This document shows, in pieces, positions 37,401 through 51,100 of a DNA stretch of 64,000 nucleotides (its first letter is position 1; the number at the start of each line of letters is the position of its first letter). The DNA comes from Bilabrum cf. latius. Lineage: Eukaryota. The stretch lies in contig OZ237772.1 in NCBI GenBank assembly GCA_965178125.1, positions 124,001-188,000 of the forward strand. The letters run 5' to 3'. A program made the translations under genes and the position numbers. The notes below the pieces were generated by a model. The model searched no databases. It saw only the letters and a list, made by a program, of their open reading frames with translations, and was not told the DNA's origin.

Positions 37401-40400
37401 CCCTTGCACCTTCTGATCTTCCACTAGACTTTGCACCCTCCTCAGGCACAACACTGCAGCCCCCGGTTTTGCCAAAGGAAAATCATCCAAGCGTGGCAAG
37501 TCCGTTGATCCTTGCCTACCTAAATCTAGGTCTAGGATCCTACTTTGGTAGTCTTGAGACGACCCATACAGAACCTAAATGGATCGCTCGAGCTAATGGT
37601 GCATTGCTTCAAGATCGGTTTGGACGCAACGTAACTCCCTAATGGCATCACCACCCTTCGATGCGCCGGCCCAGCAGGCTTCCTTAAAGAAATCAAAGGC
37701 GGACGAATTTGAGCCCGCTGCCATCCTGATCAGTCGCAAGGAAACCGTAGCTATGCTGTTCTGCACGTCATGACCTTGTGTCAAAGTACATTGGTCCACA
37801 CCGCCAACTTCTGACTGCATCGGTTGTTGCTCGGTTACTCTCCGCGGCAAACTACCAATCACCCGCACGCAGCCCGATACCATCTAGACCCGTGGCAGTG
37901 GAAAGTAGTGCTCCTCTGTAAATCCTGTAGACGCCGCAGAAGCCGCCGGATTAGTATGTTGGGATTGCGCGGAATACTCGATTATCTTGAGGATGTGCAA
38001 GAGGGCAAGCTGCCCCTCAGGGCATGCGAGTGTCTTCGGCAGGTCAATAGCTTCATCCAGCATGATTTTGGCGAGACTCTCGATCGCGCGAGTCTTCATG
38101 AGGGCTCTCATCCAGACCCTACGAATCGTATCTCGCTCATCTGAGAAGAATTTGTGCAGAAACTAGACCAAGACTGCAATCGTCCGCGTTGCAGTCGCAA
38201 CAAGGGGACCGGCCGTGAATCTGCGATGTTGACTAGCTCCGAAAAGTAGCAATGACATTTAATTGTACAGATCCCAAGAAATCCGATTTATACTTAAGAT
38301 AACACGCATGAACAATGGCAAGCAAGCACTATGTAGACCGTTGCCAGCACGGCTCGTTGCCAGCACGGCTTACCGCAAAGATGGTAACTGCTCTTCTATC
38401 AGCTGTATTGCCTTATCAATGCAGGCACATCCACATGACAACCGATCAATACCTTTGACATGAGCGTATGTCAATCGAAGCAGGCTCGATACATCAGCTC
38501 TAACATTGGGATCCGTTACCTGCGAACACGAACCTAGTCAACATCATAGAAAAGCATCATGTGAGCAACTGCAAAGCATTTCTATGGAACCAGACCTCAG
38601 GCTAAGCTAGTATGTATACGATTCATGTGAATTCGCGCTCACCTTCACCAGCATTTCCCATAAGGCAGATATCCCCGGCGTACATGGGGTGGCCGCATGT
38701 CCTGCCTGCTGCTCGATCATGCCTAGATTCAAGGAAACAAACAACCTCTCAAAGCACGAAAACGCCTGCCTCGACAAGCTTTCATACTGCATTTCCTCTT
38801 TGTTGCACATGAACGCATAGAAGATGTCCTGGGCACTGCAGTCTGGGAGGTGCAAGTCGGTGTCGGCCCTACCAAAAGAGTAGATCTACTCCAGCCATGA
38901 GTACAGCACATCGCGCTTCCAGCTAGATCCTGTCTTCAGTTGTTGCCAAATACTGCTAAAGGTCTCGATATTCACTGCAAAGCCTCTTACCTCGAGATTG
39001 ATCGAGCCGATTAAGTCCAAAATCAACCTCAACTCTCGAATGTGCCTTTCCTTGGATGGATCTTGTAAGGCTTGAACGTCCGCGATCGAACAGCTGACCC
39101 TGCTCACTCCAGCGCGATGCGGATCCCTCCGGGGTGATACTGATCGCTCCTTCGCACCATGCTGCGGCTGCAGTGACCCAAGAAGTAACGAAGTGAGATC
39201 TAGGTTTTGATCCATGTACGTTGCCACGGTTTTAGCCAATGTTCTGCGTTCCTCGGAAATCCCTCGTGCGGCTGAGAAGCCGCTGACTTCATGTGCCTCA
39301 GCTGCATCGGATATATCGTGTCGTTTTGCCTGCTCTAGAACTTCCCAGAAAAATTGAATGCATCCGAGGACTTTCGAAGCTGATTGCAATCCGCCTTTAG
39401 CCCTGGAGGCGCTGTGGTGCCACACACAGTCCATGTCTTCTCGAATTGACAGGCGCCCTAAAGCACGTCGTGCAGCTTTTGCCACGTCACGGTGCTGAGA
39501 TGTAGATACGCCAAAGAGAAAATCAGCAATGATCTGCTGCGTGTCGACTCTCATGGTTGTCGGGAAGGTCGACGATCGACCTGACGGGCAATCGCAGGCA
39601 CCCGCCGAGGCAAGGCAAAGCTGTTCCATGAGGTAAATCACAGACTGGCGGTAGTCACTAACTTCAACCAATTTTACAATACGTTGGACGCAACAGACCA
39701 ACTTGCATAGCGTCATGTATGGGGCGATACTCTCGATAAGTTTAATGATGCCATCGCCTTGGTCGCTGTGCGTTGCCATCACTCGTCTGCGCAAGACCAG
39801 CATGCCATCTATGTCTGCCTCAGTCAGCTACTTCGTCCTCGCAAGCAATTCTAAGATGCTAGTTGCTTCAAGCAGGAGATCGGCTCTCTCAGCGTCAGAT
39901 ATTTGCAGATACCTTGGGTCACCAGCTGCTCCAGCCGATCCAACACAGGACGCTCCCTTTGTCCGTTCCAATGCGTGGCTCTCTTCTTCGAACGCAATGC
40001 ATTCCTTCTAGTCATAACCATTTTCTAATGATCCTGATTCTTGCAATTCGACATGAGAAGCTGGGTCTTGGCTTGAGCTAGGACCGTCTCGAGAAAGTCG
40101 TCTGAGTAGATCTGGCATCCACATGTCTTCGTCAAATGCACATCTGCACGCCTATGGGTCCTTCGGATCTTGCACAAGCAGCTGGACTAACGGCGTCATG
40201 CCGAGAAGCCGAGCATATACACATGTATCCAGCTTGATGCGGGGATCATGAGGGGAATCGGTGACTACACGGCGCAAGGATTCCTTGACTCTCGTATTCA
40301 GCTTTCTCAACGCAGCTCGTCTCGTTTCAAAGGTCCCGGTGATGCTTTGTTTCATGCACATGGACGCATGCCATGCCTCCATAGTCTTTTCTGGGGCCGC

Positions 40401-41647
40401 TCCTAGTACTTTCCCATATCCATGGAAGCCACATCGATCTCGCGAGTACGGCACAGGCTTGCAGATGTTCAAGCTCAGTCTGTTTATCCGTTTGACAACA
40501 GCCCCAGGAGATCCATCGGACAGTTCGCGAGCGGTGCGTCGGATGAGTCTTGACAACACTGCAGTATACAGCCTCGGAAAAACTTCCTCGGCAAACCTTC
40601 TTGAATACAAGGGCATCGGCTTACAGATCACAGTGGCTGTCAGCATCTGAAGTTCGTCCAAAGGCACCTAGAATTCAGTAGATCCCTCTATCCGCCTACA
40701 AACGGTTTTGTAACCATCGATGTTGCAAAAATATGTGATCATACCGACAAAGTATTTGCAAGCGCCTCCTGGAGGAAACTTGATGAAGTGCCCAGAGTAA
40801 AATTTGGCATCCCACGCGCTGTCATATGCTCCCGTCTCCCGCATGTTGAAAAAGTAAGCACAGCTCTCGTCGAGCAAGAATAGCCTCTTGAGCTACTCGG
40901 TAATAATAGGTGGTATTGGCTTTGGCATCGACAGATAGTGAACGCACAAGTGAAGCACCTCCTTTGCAAACCCGTACACGGCCTCAAAATCGTCGGCCGG
41001 GACTCTTGAAGCAAGCATTCTCTACAATCGTGGTGCCATCGTATTCTCAATGTAGTCCAAAGCTTCTTGTTCAGTCTTTTCGCGTTTGATGATCGAAGCG
41101 ATCTGATCCACAAGACTCTTTAAGGCAATCGGCCGGGCGATTTCCCGTGCGCCTTTACTTGCAGACGGGTGTTTCGATGTTTTCCCCGCCAGAATAAGGT
41201 CGTACTTGCCATCCGCCCCGATCCTATACTCGTAGACCTCACCATTTTCCCACCGAACTGCAGCCCAACCACGCCTCGGATGCCCAACTATGGTCCCTTC
41301 CGTAGAGTGGCTCTAAGGGAACCAATCCCTGTGTCGAGTTCAATTGCAGTAAATTATGTGAAGCTACATAGATGTAAAATTATGTGCGACAAATGGGGTG
41401 TCATGCACAGCAAAGCAGAGCCTCACCAATCATGACCTTTTCGGACAGTTGTCCCTAGCGTGGAGAATTTCTTATTTACGCGAGTCACTGGCTGCGGAAC
41501 ATCTAATAAGAATATTCTTCGCAGAAGTGAGCCAGGATTAGGTGATAGTATGCGCCGTATTCGTAAGAAGGCTACGTAGATCGAAGTAGCACTAGAGCCT
41601 ACTGCTACTCGGGCCGAAATATGTTTGGACTGCTTCACATATTTCAT
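34483..41647 (-). CDS. Chimeric protein: Mib/HERC2 domain, USP9X/24/34-like N-terminal helical scaffold, coiled coil, PINK1-like protein kinase; ~2243 aa; exons 41647-41427, 41328-38643, 38519-38374, 38220-34830, 34770-34483
   Basis: Mib/HERC2 GTTVRKGHDW|DWFP[TAG]SHSTEGTIVG..GWAAVRWENGEVYEYRIGADGKYDL; USP9X-like AFSCFERLFVSLN and GISALWEMLVK|VTDPNVRADVSSLLRLTY; kinase VGWGAIGTV, LALK, HRNLVRILG, HRDLKLNNVMV, IIDMG, RGGNPQHIAPEV, YGKQAAFALGVLLHEL, GLLQWSPSDR. More than a dozen standard-code ORFs share one frame joined by TAG; in-frame TAA/TGA occur only inside predicted introns. Confidence 0.8.
34935..35036 (-). repeat. (GCTGGT)n microsatellite encoding poly-Ala-Gly within the kinase activation segment
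   Basis: About 16 perfect hexamers (ACCAGC)n on the + strand, between DMG and APE. Confidence 0.95.
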
Positions 41648-42846
41648 TTAATATCTTACCATTTTACAGAGTTGTTTAGTGCCTATATTTAAATAGCCCA
41701 CTCAGATGGCTACGACGCTCGCGAATATGAGGTTGCACGAAACTGTGCGCCGATCCCGAGCAAGGTCGATGTGCCTTTGACCACTTAGCGAACGTTCGCG
41801 ACGGGTTCATCTTTCGTCGTTCATTCTAGACTATTGAACTTTGAGTGCTCCTTCTACATGCCCAGTGGCCAAATCACGGGATCCACTCCCACAGTTGGAG
41901 CAGTTCAATTATACGAAAGATGTCATCTACCCCCAGCTCTATCCCCCCTCTGGAACAGTCTGCCCCGAATCGACTGAACCGCTCAGTCTCGTCTCGCACA
42001 TGCTAAACCACACTCGTCACAAATGTACACGTTACCCCTGTTATTGCACCGTCCGCGCCTCCAGGCTCGCCCCGGTGCCTCCCTGTCTATTCCAACCCCA
42101 TTCTGATCTGCTGTCACCCTTGGCACCCTTGCGAGTCAGCCCTCGTCAGAAATCCTGCCGCCTCGTGATCTGGATCCACTTGGCTGCGCCCGCTTCACCT
42201 CCCTACCCAATGGGCCTCCACGCTCCCGAGCCCGCTGGCTTGCTCGGGCCTGTCAGTGCCCCTTCGTTGTCCCTGCCACGCGCCTGGTACCGCGCTCGGG
42301 CCCCCCCTTCCCCTCTTTCTCCCTTTCTCCCTTTCTTCCTTTCTTCCAATCATCTTGGAATCTTTCTCCTCTCCTCAGCCTTGCCCTCTCCCGGCCAACC
42401 TCACTCGTACTGATCATCGCATCAACCCCCCCCCTCTGCTCTATCCTGACCCGTTGCCCTCCTCTACCCACCCCCCCTCGCCGTTCCATCATATCCTTCC
42501 ATCACTGCTGTTCTCCACCTGCCTGCACCCTGCCGCTGTATCCCTCCCCGGCGGAGCCCTCACTGCCGTCTCACAGACCTCAATCCCAATGTCTTGACGA
42601 CACAGATAAATGGAGAGTGTAAAAGACCTCGACTTGGAGTAACAGGGGGCAACAAACAAGCAAAGCTCGTGGACCGACCTGTATCCCTCAGTGTCAAGAC
42701 AACTCTGGACAAGCAGGAAAATCAGTTGAGTAGTCGGTGACGCCGCGCAACCGCTCAGCGCAACATGCAAGAGACCCTGATCACAGTGTCACATCAGAGT
42801 CGAAAGCTTCGCGTTAGGTATCTGACATCAAATCAGCTCTCAAACA

Positions 42847-45122
42847 TCACAAGGCTTCAATCATGGCTTCTAGGCGGCGCACCTCAGCCTCGTCCTCGTC
42901 CTCGTCCTCAGGTTCCTCCTGCCCACCACTGCCAGCGGCAACCTCCTTCCCAGTACTACTAGAAGCCGCGACGCTGCCGAGGAAATCTTCCAACGCGTCC
43001 TCCGACTCCGGTCCGCCACCCGCCCCGGAAGCGCCCCTGGGCCTCTTTGGTGTTAACGACCCACCACTGACATGAGCCCCAGACGCGCCTGACGTCGATT
43101 TGTCGCCCATCGCCTCCTGCTGGCCCTGCACCGCCATGCGATGAATCTCAGAGAGGATTTCGGCGGTGGCCGTCGCGCTGGGCACGGAATCACCGGTTTC
43201 ATCCATGTCCCTTGCATGCTCCTGCCCCACTAGCCTATCTTGCTACTGCTGCTGCTGTCGCTGTCGCCTTGCAGCCGACTGTTTCCTGGCGTACTCCACC
43301 CGTTCCTGCCTCTGGGCTGCCTGCGATGGCATGCCATACGGTCCGGGCTGCTACTGCTACCAGCCGGCATCAGCGTCGACCGTGGCTACACGAGTCTCTC
43401 GCGTTCGCTGGCTTGCTCTCGTACCCGTGATGGAGGGACCTTCCGGAGTCGCGTGCAGCTGCTGCAGCTGCTACCCGCTGGAATGTATCTGAATCTCTGC
43501 CTGAGCCTGCCTCTCCAGCTCTCCTTCAAGGAACTGAATCCTGCGCAGGATCGCTTGTCGCGACTCTGACACCGCCGCGCGCGCCGCCTCGTGCTCGCGC
43601 TCTCGCCCAGGTGCAGGCGCGCTCACCCTCACACCGCTCTCCTCCGCACCCAAGATGCTCCGCAGCTCTCGTAAGGTCGCCTCTACGTCCTACCGGTCCT
43701 GAGTCGAGAGGATGTTGACCTTGCGGTCGCGACCCGCTGCCATGCGTCGTGCCGTGGCGGTCGGGACCCCTGTGGGTGGTGTGCCAGCTTGCCCACTGCC
43801 CCGGGGTGATCGCGCCAGCACGCTGTTCCAGGCTCCTTTTCGTTCGGCTGGAGTCATGGTAGATCTTGCGGGCTGCTTGTCCACCGCGCGGCCGAACGCA
43901 TGCCTGGGCCTTGCACCTCGCGAGCGGCTGCGAGCTCGGGGGCCTCTGGCATGTCTCGATTGGCCGCCTGCACCACCCTTGCCATGTCGATCAAGGCCCA
44001 TCTGCTGCCCGATTCGGTCGAGGACGATGCGAGCCGCCTGCTCCTCTGGTGTTCCGGACTCGTCAGGCAGCGAGTTCTCCCAGGATAGAGACTCGTGTTT
44101 TGCTCCTTGTGTACCAGCACGTGCCCTTCGTTTCCTGCCACTGCCAGCCGACTCTCTCGAAGCCCGCTCCTAGGCGTCCTGCCTCCGTCTCGCCTCTTGC
44201 ACCTTTTGGGCCGCGATCTATCGAGCGGTCTCGCGCGGGTTTGTGCCTTGCTGCTTTGCTGCCATACTGCCGGCGCCAGTGCTTCTTTGGAGATCGGCTG
44301 TCTGGAAGCGGGACCCGGAGGCAGCATGGGCTGCAGGAGACACGGCGCTGCCGCTCATGCGATGTGACGAGTGCCTGGGCGGCGGCGGGGGCGGGGGATT
44401 CCTCCCCCCGTCCCCCGATGGGTTGTACGAAGCCACGGTGTCGGCGTCGCTGAAGCTGACGCTGAATCCCCGGCTAGACCCGTGGGGCGACCGAGGCGGG
44501 GAGCCCTATTTACGCAGTGCGGGGGGTGGCACTGTGTCTGGTCCGCGCCCTGGATTGTATTTGTGGCTCTGCATCGGTCCCGTTGGTCCAGCCGTTGCAA
44601 TGCCTGATGGTTGCCGGCGGGCCTCGTCATCTGTCCGGCTCTTCATTCGCCTGCTGGTGCCTTTCCGATGCCTGTTGTCTTGCGAAGATTCGTGCAGGCG
44701 GCCACGCACGGTACCATGCCTGCCACGCTCACGGCCATGAGAGCCACCCTGCTCCACGTCTTCCAACCACTCTTTCTGGTTATCCCCGAGCCCGGCCGCC
44801 CTCGCCGCCCTCTCTGCGCTCCCTGTCACGGCCAGCTCCCCCCTATCCAGCAGGCGGCTGCGCTCCGCTCTGGCGCGACGCTCCGCCGCCTCTGTCCGGG
44901 CGGCAGCACGGGCAGCCTCCCGGCGGCGCCTCCGCGCCGCTGGGCTGTCGTCCTTGGATTGCGCGGCGCCAGCGGAACCGTGGCCCGATCGAGGCGGGCT
45001 CGCAGTGCGCACAGAGGCGCCGAGCTCTGCAGCCGCCATCTCGATGAGAGCCGTTGAGTTCTGAGACCGGGGCGCCCCCTGGCCGCCGTGCGTGCTTTTG
45101 ACAGGGTGAGCAAGGCTGGCTG

Positions 45123-45153
<31 letters not shown>

Positions 45154-48100
45154 TCTCTCTCGCCTGGCCTCCCCACGCGCCTTTGCCTCCGCCACCTTCC
45201 GCTTGGCCTCCTCGAGCGCGTGTTCCCTGTCCGCCAGGGTGGCGTAGGTGGCAACTGCCTTGCGTGCGGGTGACCGGGATCGCCCCCTCCCGATTTGCTG
45301 ATGCTTCTGCTTCTACAAGCGAGCCTGTCTCGCGTCAGCGGCATCAGCGATGGCCTGGTACTCAGCGATCTGTGCTCGGCGGCTTTCTTCCTCCTGCTGC
45401 CTGCTGCGGCGCATTGCGTTGCGGTGCTCCTGCTGCAGCATGTGCTCTTGCGTGGCTTCGTCAAGAGGAACGTCGATCGACCTGCTGAGGCCCAGGGACT
45501 GAACAGCAGCGGAGGCGTCTGGGCGTTGCGGGGATCGTGGCCCCGTGACTTTGCCGACCGGTGGGGGCGCCGCTTTGTCCACGTCTAGAGGCAGGTACAC
45601 CCCGAGCGGCTTCTCGTACATGGATGCTTTGCCCTCGTGTATGGCTGCCTCCGTCCTTCTTCGCTGTTCTCGCCTCACAGCCATGTGCTCCTCGGACTGC
45701 TGCTAGGCGAGCTGGAGAGCGGCGGATCCACGTGCGGAACGTGGGGATGAACGAGCGGAAGATGATGATGATGATGACGATGAGGAGGAGGACCGGGTGC
45801 GCTGGGAGTGGGGAAGCTCTGCCCCTCCTCCTTGCCTATGGCTCCTGCCGAGGTCCTTGGCCCTGCGCACGGTATCTCTCACGGACCGTCGCTGCATCGC
45901 TGCCTGCGATAAGACAGTCGAGTCTTCGTGATCCTGGATGCGGGCCAGTTGCATGGCTTGCGCTTGTTCGTGTCCCTTCCCGTTGCCCGGGGCGTGGAAT
46001 CCCCGCGCGCGGTCAGAGTCGACCTGGGCATCCAACCGGTTGCCGCCGATAGCAAACTCGGCATCATCTGCCCTCCCATGGTGCATCTCATTGCGGGGCC
46101 CAGTCGACGAAGCGGAGCGGGGAGAAGGCAAACCCGTGGGAGGCAGAGCTGCCACGGGCGCAAACCTGTCAAACTTGCTGCGGCCTGGCCTGGTGGCGAA
46201 ATCGCCGTACGATCTCATCCCCTTGGCGTTGGGTGGAGGTGGTCTCGAGGTTGCCAGAGTTGGGATGGATGCACCGGCATCGTCTTTCGCATCGCGCTAA
46301 CGCTGCCTTGGCTGCCCGCTCTTTGGCGGCGGTGGTGGCGGCGGCAAGCTGCCGTCATCTTCGTGCTCGTGGCGATAAGCGTACGCGTCGGCGTGCGTAT
46401 GACTGCCCCATGCGCGCCCTGCGCTGCGCTCGCCCTCATCCTCGAGCGATTGCGCATCGACATCGTAGTCCTCGCCGGTGCCGTACTAGACCGTACCTCG
46501 TGCAGAGTCAGAGTGTTTGGAGCCAGAACCATCTTCCAGCAAGCCGCCCACACCGGCCCGGTGCCCCTCCGGCCCGAGCTGCCTTCTAAGCATCCTCTCG
46601 AGCGCGTCATTCCGTCTCCTTTCCTGCACCAGCTTGGCTTCCTGCGAGTGCAGCCTGTTCCGCAGCGTGGCAGCTAGCTTGAAGCCCTCGGCAGAGGCAA
46701 GGAGCTCGTGCATGGCTGCCTCATGGAGCTTGTTGGCCCGATCCAGTCGCCTGGACAGCACGGCGTTCACGCGCCTTGCCTCGTCCACGGTCTGCTTCTG
46801 CCTCTCCTCTACCCTCCGTAGGGCGTCTTCCAGCTCTGCCTTCTTGTTGGCGGCTTCCTCCCTCAGCTCTTCCTCTTTGGCCATCCATTCATCCTTTTCC
46901 CGCTGCAGCACCTGCTGCCCCTGCCTCTCGCTTGTCGCCCTGGCCTGTTCCGCTGCGCCCAACGCCCGCATCATCTCGTGCCTCTTGCGCTCAGCTTCGT
47001 CCCGGATGTAGGCGATCTCGGCCTGGGACGAGGAAAGCACCTTGGCTTTCTCCGCCTCTATTTCGGACCGAATTCGGTTCTGCTCGGCCCGGCTGCGTGC
47101 TTCCAGCTCCATCATCTGGGACTGCATCTTGCGTTCTGCCTCCTCCTTTGCCTCCTCCCTGGCCCGTGCAGTGGCCTGTGCGGCGAGCTCGCGCTCCTTG
47201 GCGGCTCGTTCCGTTGCCTCGATCTGCAGCTTGGCGATGTCTCTTGCATGCTGCTCAGCTCTCGCCGACTCTTTGTCTCGGGCTTCCTTGGCCTCTTTCT
47301 CGAGCTGTTTGGCACGGTGAGCCTCCTGCTGCCGGAGGGCCCGCTCCTGCTTGGCTGCTGCCTCCAGCACTCGGGCACGCTCTTTTTCCTCCTGCAGCTG
47401 CCGCTCGATCCTCCGACGGAGGCCAGACTCGCGAGCTTCAAGCCGTCGGCGCTCTGCCGCTGCCGCGGCCCACGCCTCGTCCTATGCCTGCCTGGACTGC
47501 AGCTCAGCTTCAGATCTGGCGTGCTCCAGCACCGTGAGCTGCTGCGCAGCCTGCCGTTCTCGTTCAAGGGCGGCTCTGGCAGCCTGCCTCACTGCAACCA
47601 GCTGCGATCGGAGCTCCTCGCTCGGTGCATCGTGTCTTAGTTCGGTGGCACCGGTATTTGGCGCAGCGGTTGACGATGTCCCTGCGGCTGGTGCTTGGGC
47701 TGCATTGAGCAGGACTTCGCTCGATGCGCTGTCTCGGGCGCGTCTCGTCATGGCGATCGCGGCGGATAGCGTGGCAGGCGCTCCCACGAACATCGCCGCA
47801 TTGCCTGGCTGCCTTGCGGCCGCTTGCGCGGCGAGCGAATCGGAGGCAGGCAGGCCACCCGTCCCTCCCTCGGCCAGAGCCGCCACCGCCTCTTCCACTG
47901 CCTGCTGTGCGGGAGGAAGAGCCTTCGCGTCGCGAGCCAAGGCGAGGGCGCGTGCTGCCACAGCCGCCACTGCGTACCTTGCTTCAGGGTCTAGCCCGTT
48001 CGCCACAGAGACCATTCCTCGGATGCGTCGCAGCTCGGTGGATATATCGCTCGCTCGTTCCTTCCACTCTGTCGCGTCTGCTTGGGTGGGGCCGGAGTAG

Positions 48101-51100
48101 GATCGATTCGAAGAGCCTTCGCCCTCGGCTCCCGATGCAGGGTTGTCGTTGCCGTGGTTGCGCAAGGCCATGGCCTGCACCTGCATGGCAGACACGTGCA
48201 CGCTCTCGACAGCCTCATCTGCGTCCTGCAGCACAGCGAGCGCCGCAAGTGCACCATGCGCGCTGCCTGCAGCACGGGCCAGGTGTTCCCTGGCTAGCGC
48301 CCAATGCCTCCCTTCCGATCGGAGCAGTTCCGCTTCCTGCGCGGCGCCGCTATCGGCGTGCTCGCGCAGGGCTTCAAGCCCCCTCGTGCACTCGTCCAAG
48401 CTTGCGCGTGCCCGGTCCTGGGCCGACACGGAGCCAGGCAAGTCACTGGTTCCACTAGTACCTGCGTCCGATTCAGAGCCTCTGGGTGCCAGTACGGTGC
48501 GTAGGCCCTTTGCCATGCGAACGCACCTGTGGATGACCGCCAGCCTGTGCAGAGAGGACACGGGAGCTTCTTGCGCGCTAGCACCGGGTGGCGGTAGCGC
48601 GGCGCTGTCCCCGTGAAAGCAGGAGGCGAGCGTGTCGAGGGCTCCCAGGAACGTCGCTGCTACTCGCCGAACAGATGCACGCTGCACGATAGAGTCTCGC
48701 ACGGATTTGGCCGGTCCAGATTCATCGGAACTCGCCTAGCTTGGCTCCGCCTTGCTCGTCTGGTCTAGGTCTATGGTACCGTCTTCGTCTACGGCATCTT
48801 TATCCCCGTCCGCAATTGCCCGAGCTGCCGCCTCTTTGATCTGTTCTGACGACTTGGACAGCAGTGCTAGTGGCCCGGCCAATGTGCCAGCAAGCTGCGC
48901 TGCCTCGTCATTCCGCATCACGATCTCAGACTGAAGGGCTGCCAGCTTCTCCGAGACTGCCAGCACCTTGTCCAGCGAATCTTTGGACCCACCCGTCGCC
49001 ATGGCCGCAAAGAAGCGCACCTCATCCACGGCTTCGAGCGCTCTGGTGCAGGCCGATAGGCCTGGCGCGTCCGTCGGCTTGCTGCTATTGGGCTGTAGGG
49101 GCTCGCTCGACTTGCCCGCATCTGTGGGCCCTGCAGCCAGTGCGAATCCCAGCTGCCTCGCTGCCGACGATGCGACCGGCCCGATGGTGGCGAGAACCGC
49201 GAGAGGGCGAGCTGTTGTGACGTCAGCGCCGAGGGCCCGGATTGATGCGCCGAGGGCCTCGATCGCCTTGGAATAGTCCTGGAAGAACTCTGACGATGGT
49301 TCGCTGACGATGCCGGACAGGCCTTGCGCAGCGAATTGGATCGATCGGCACTGACTGATGGATTCGTTGACCCGGCTGTGCTCCAGCTCCAGCATCCGAC
49401 TCGCTGCGTCGTATATCGGGACAGCTGCAGCCTTGCAGGCTTTCGCGGCGGCAGCAAGAGGTGGAACGATCGTCTCAGTATCCTCAGTGGAGGATTGCTG
49501 CCCCTCTGCAGCTCCCTCAAGCCGTTCGCATGCCAGGGTCAAGGAGTCGGCGAGATGCTGCAGCCGATGCAACGGTGTTGCATAAGCTCTACCGCTCGCT
49601 GGTTGTCCTACTTCATCAGAGAAAGTACCGGCGCTGCGTTCGTCAGGGCCAGTGCCTCCTGACTCAGTGTACACGAGGCGGAGCATCCGCCCTGAGAGCT
49701 CAGCCGCCTGTGCTGCGGTTCCCGCCAGCGGAATTCCCCCGCGCGGCGCCTCAGCGTCTGAGCCGTTGGCCGGTCCGGCTCCACTTGCGTCAATGTCTGC
49801 CCCGCGCGCTGACCTCCCACTGCCACGCAGGAGGGTACGGGGCACATCACTCCCGCTGAGATCCATGCCCGTCGCACCGGCCTCGGCAATGCACTGTCCG
49901 AGCTGTTGCCCCGCTGAAGCCACCTCCCGCAGTAGCGCGCCTGCACCCAGCTCCAAGGCATCAATTGCCAGCGCTCTCTTCTCCGAGTGCTCTTGGGCCA
50001 GTGCCGCCTCCTTGTCAGCGTCAATGAGATGGCCCCAGTAGGTGGTCTTCCTTGCAGCTGACGAGTCTAACGACGAGGACGAGGACGAGGATGATGATCC
50101 CCGACTTGAGGCAGGCAGCAGATGGCCGTCACCCTGATGGATCCCGCTGTCGTCACCCATGTGCATGGCAATGCGGTGCATGTTTGCCTCATCAAGTGCA
50201 GCCGACACCTTTGCCTGAAGGCCTTTGATGGCTGCAGCAAGCGCCGCAGGCTCGGTTGTACCTAGAGCGGCTTCAACGCCTCCTTTGGCAGCAGACGCGT
50301 CCTTTGCAGCCGCTGCCCCGCCCTACTAATGACCGACTGCATCGCGCCTTCGAATCCTCGCAGCTGCCGTCTGTGCCCTGCTGGCCGCCTGCATCGCACG
50401 GTCACGCGCTTCGTGCAGAGCCAGCACGAGCACTCTGGCAGCCGGCCCCTGCCCCAGCCGTGCGGCACGAGCGGCCACAGCGGCAGCAGCCATTGCGTGC
50501 CGACCGGGAGAAGCTGGCTAATGCAGAGCTGGCGATATGGGCTTCACAGGTTCTGGTGGTGTGGACGGACCTTGGTCATGTTCCTCGTCCTCGTCTTCCG
50601 CCACCGGTTTGCTGCCTCCTGCGGGTCCTTGGCTGCTGCACGTAGCCTCTCCTGACCTGGAGGCACTGGCGCTCCTCCTGCCGCTGTCGTCAACCACTGC
50701 TTGGTCGAAGGCAGCACTTGCATCTTTCGCGGCGGCCTCAACAGCGGCCCGCTCCAGGGCGGCCGCTGCCTCTGCTGCCTGAGTCTCCAGCTTCCTCTGC
50801 TCTAGCCTGCGCTGCTGCTGGGCTAGTCTAGATGCCTCATCCTGCCTTTCCTTCTCTTTTTGCACCTCGGCCAGCCTCTTGGCCGCCTCTCTCCCGGCTT
50901 CTTTGGCCACCCTCTCGGCCTCCTGTTCCGCGATCTTTCGCTGTCTGGCCATCTCCTCTTCATGCCTCATCTACGCCAGACGCAGCGTCTCTTCGCTTTC
51001 TTCCTTTGCCTTTCGTAGGTCCTCTAGGGCCTTTTGTTCCCTGGCGCGCAGCTCCGATTCTGTTCGTGCCATGGCCTCGGCTGCCTCGGCTCGCGCCCTC

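Noticed and set aside
41841-42800. Pyrimidine-rich stretch with Pro/Leu/Ser-rich ORFs
   Set aside because: Compositional artefact; no TE or protein motif recognised.
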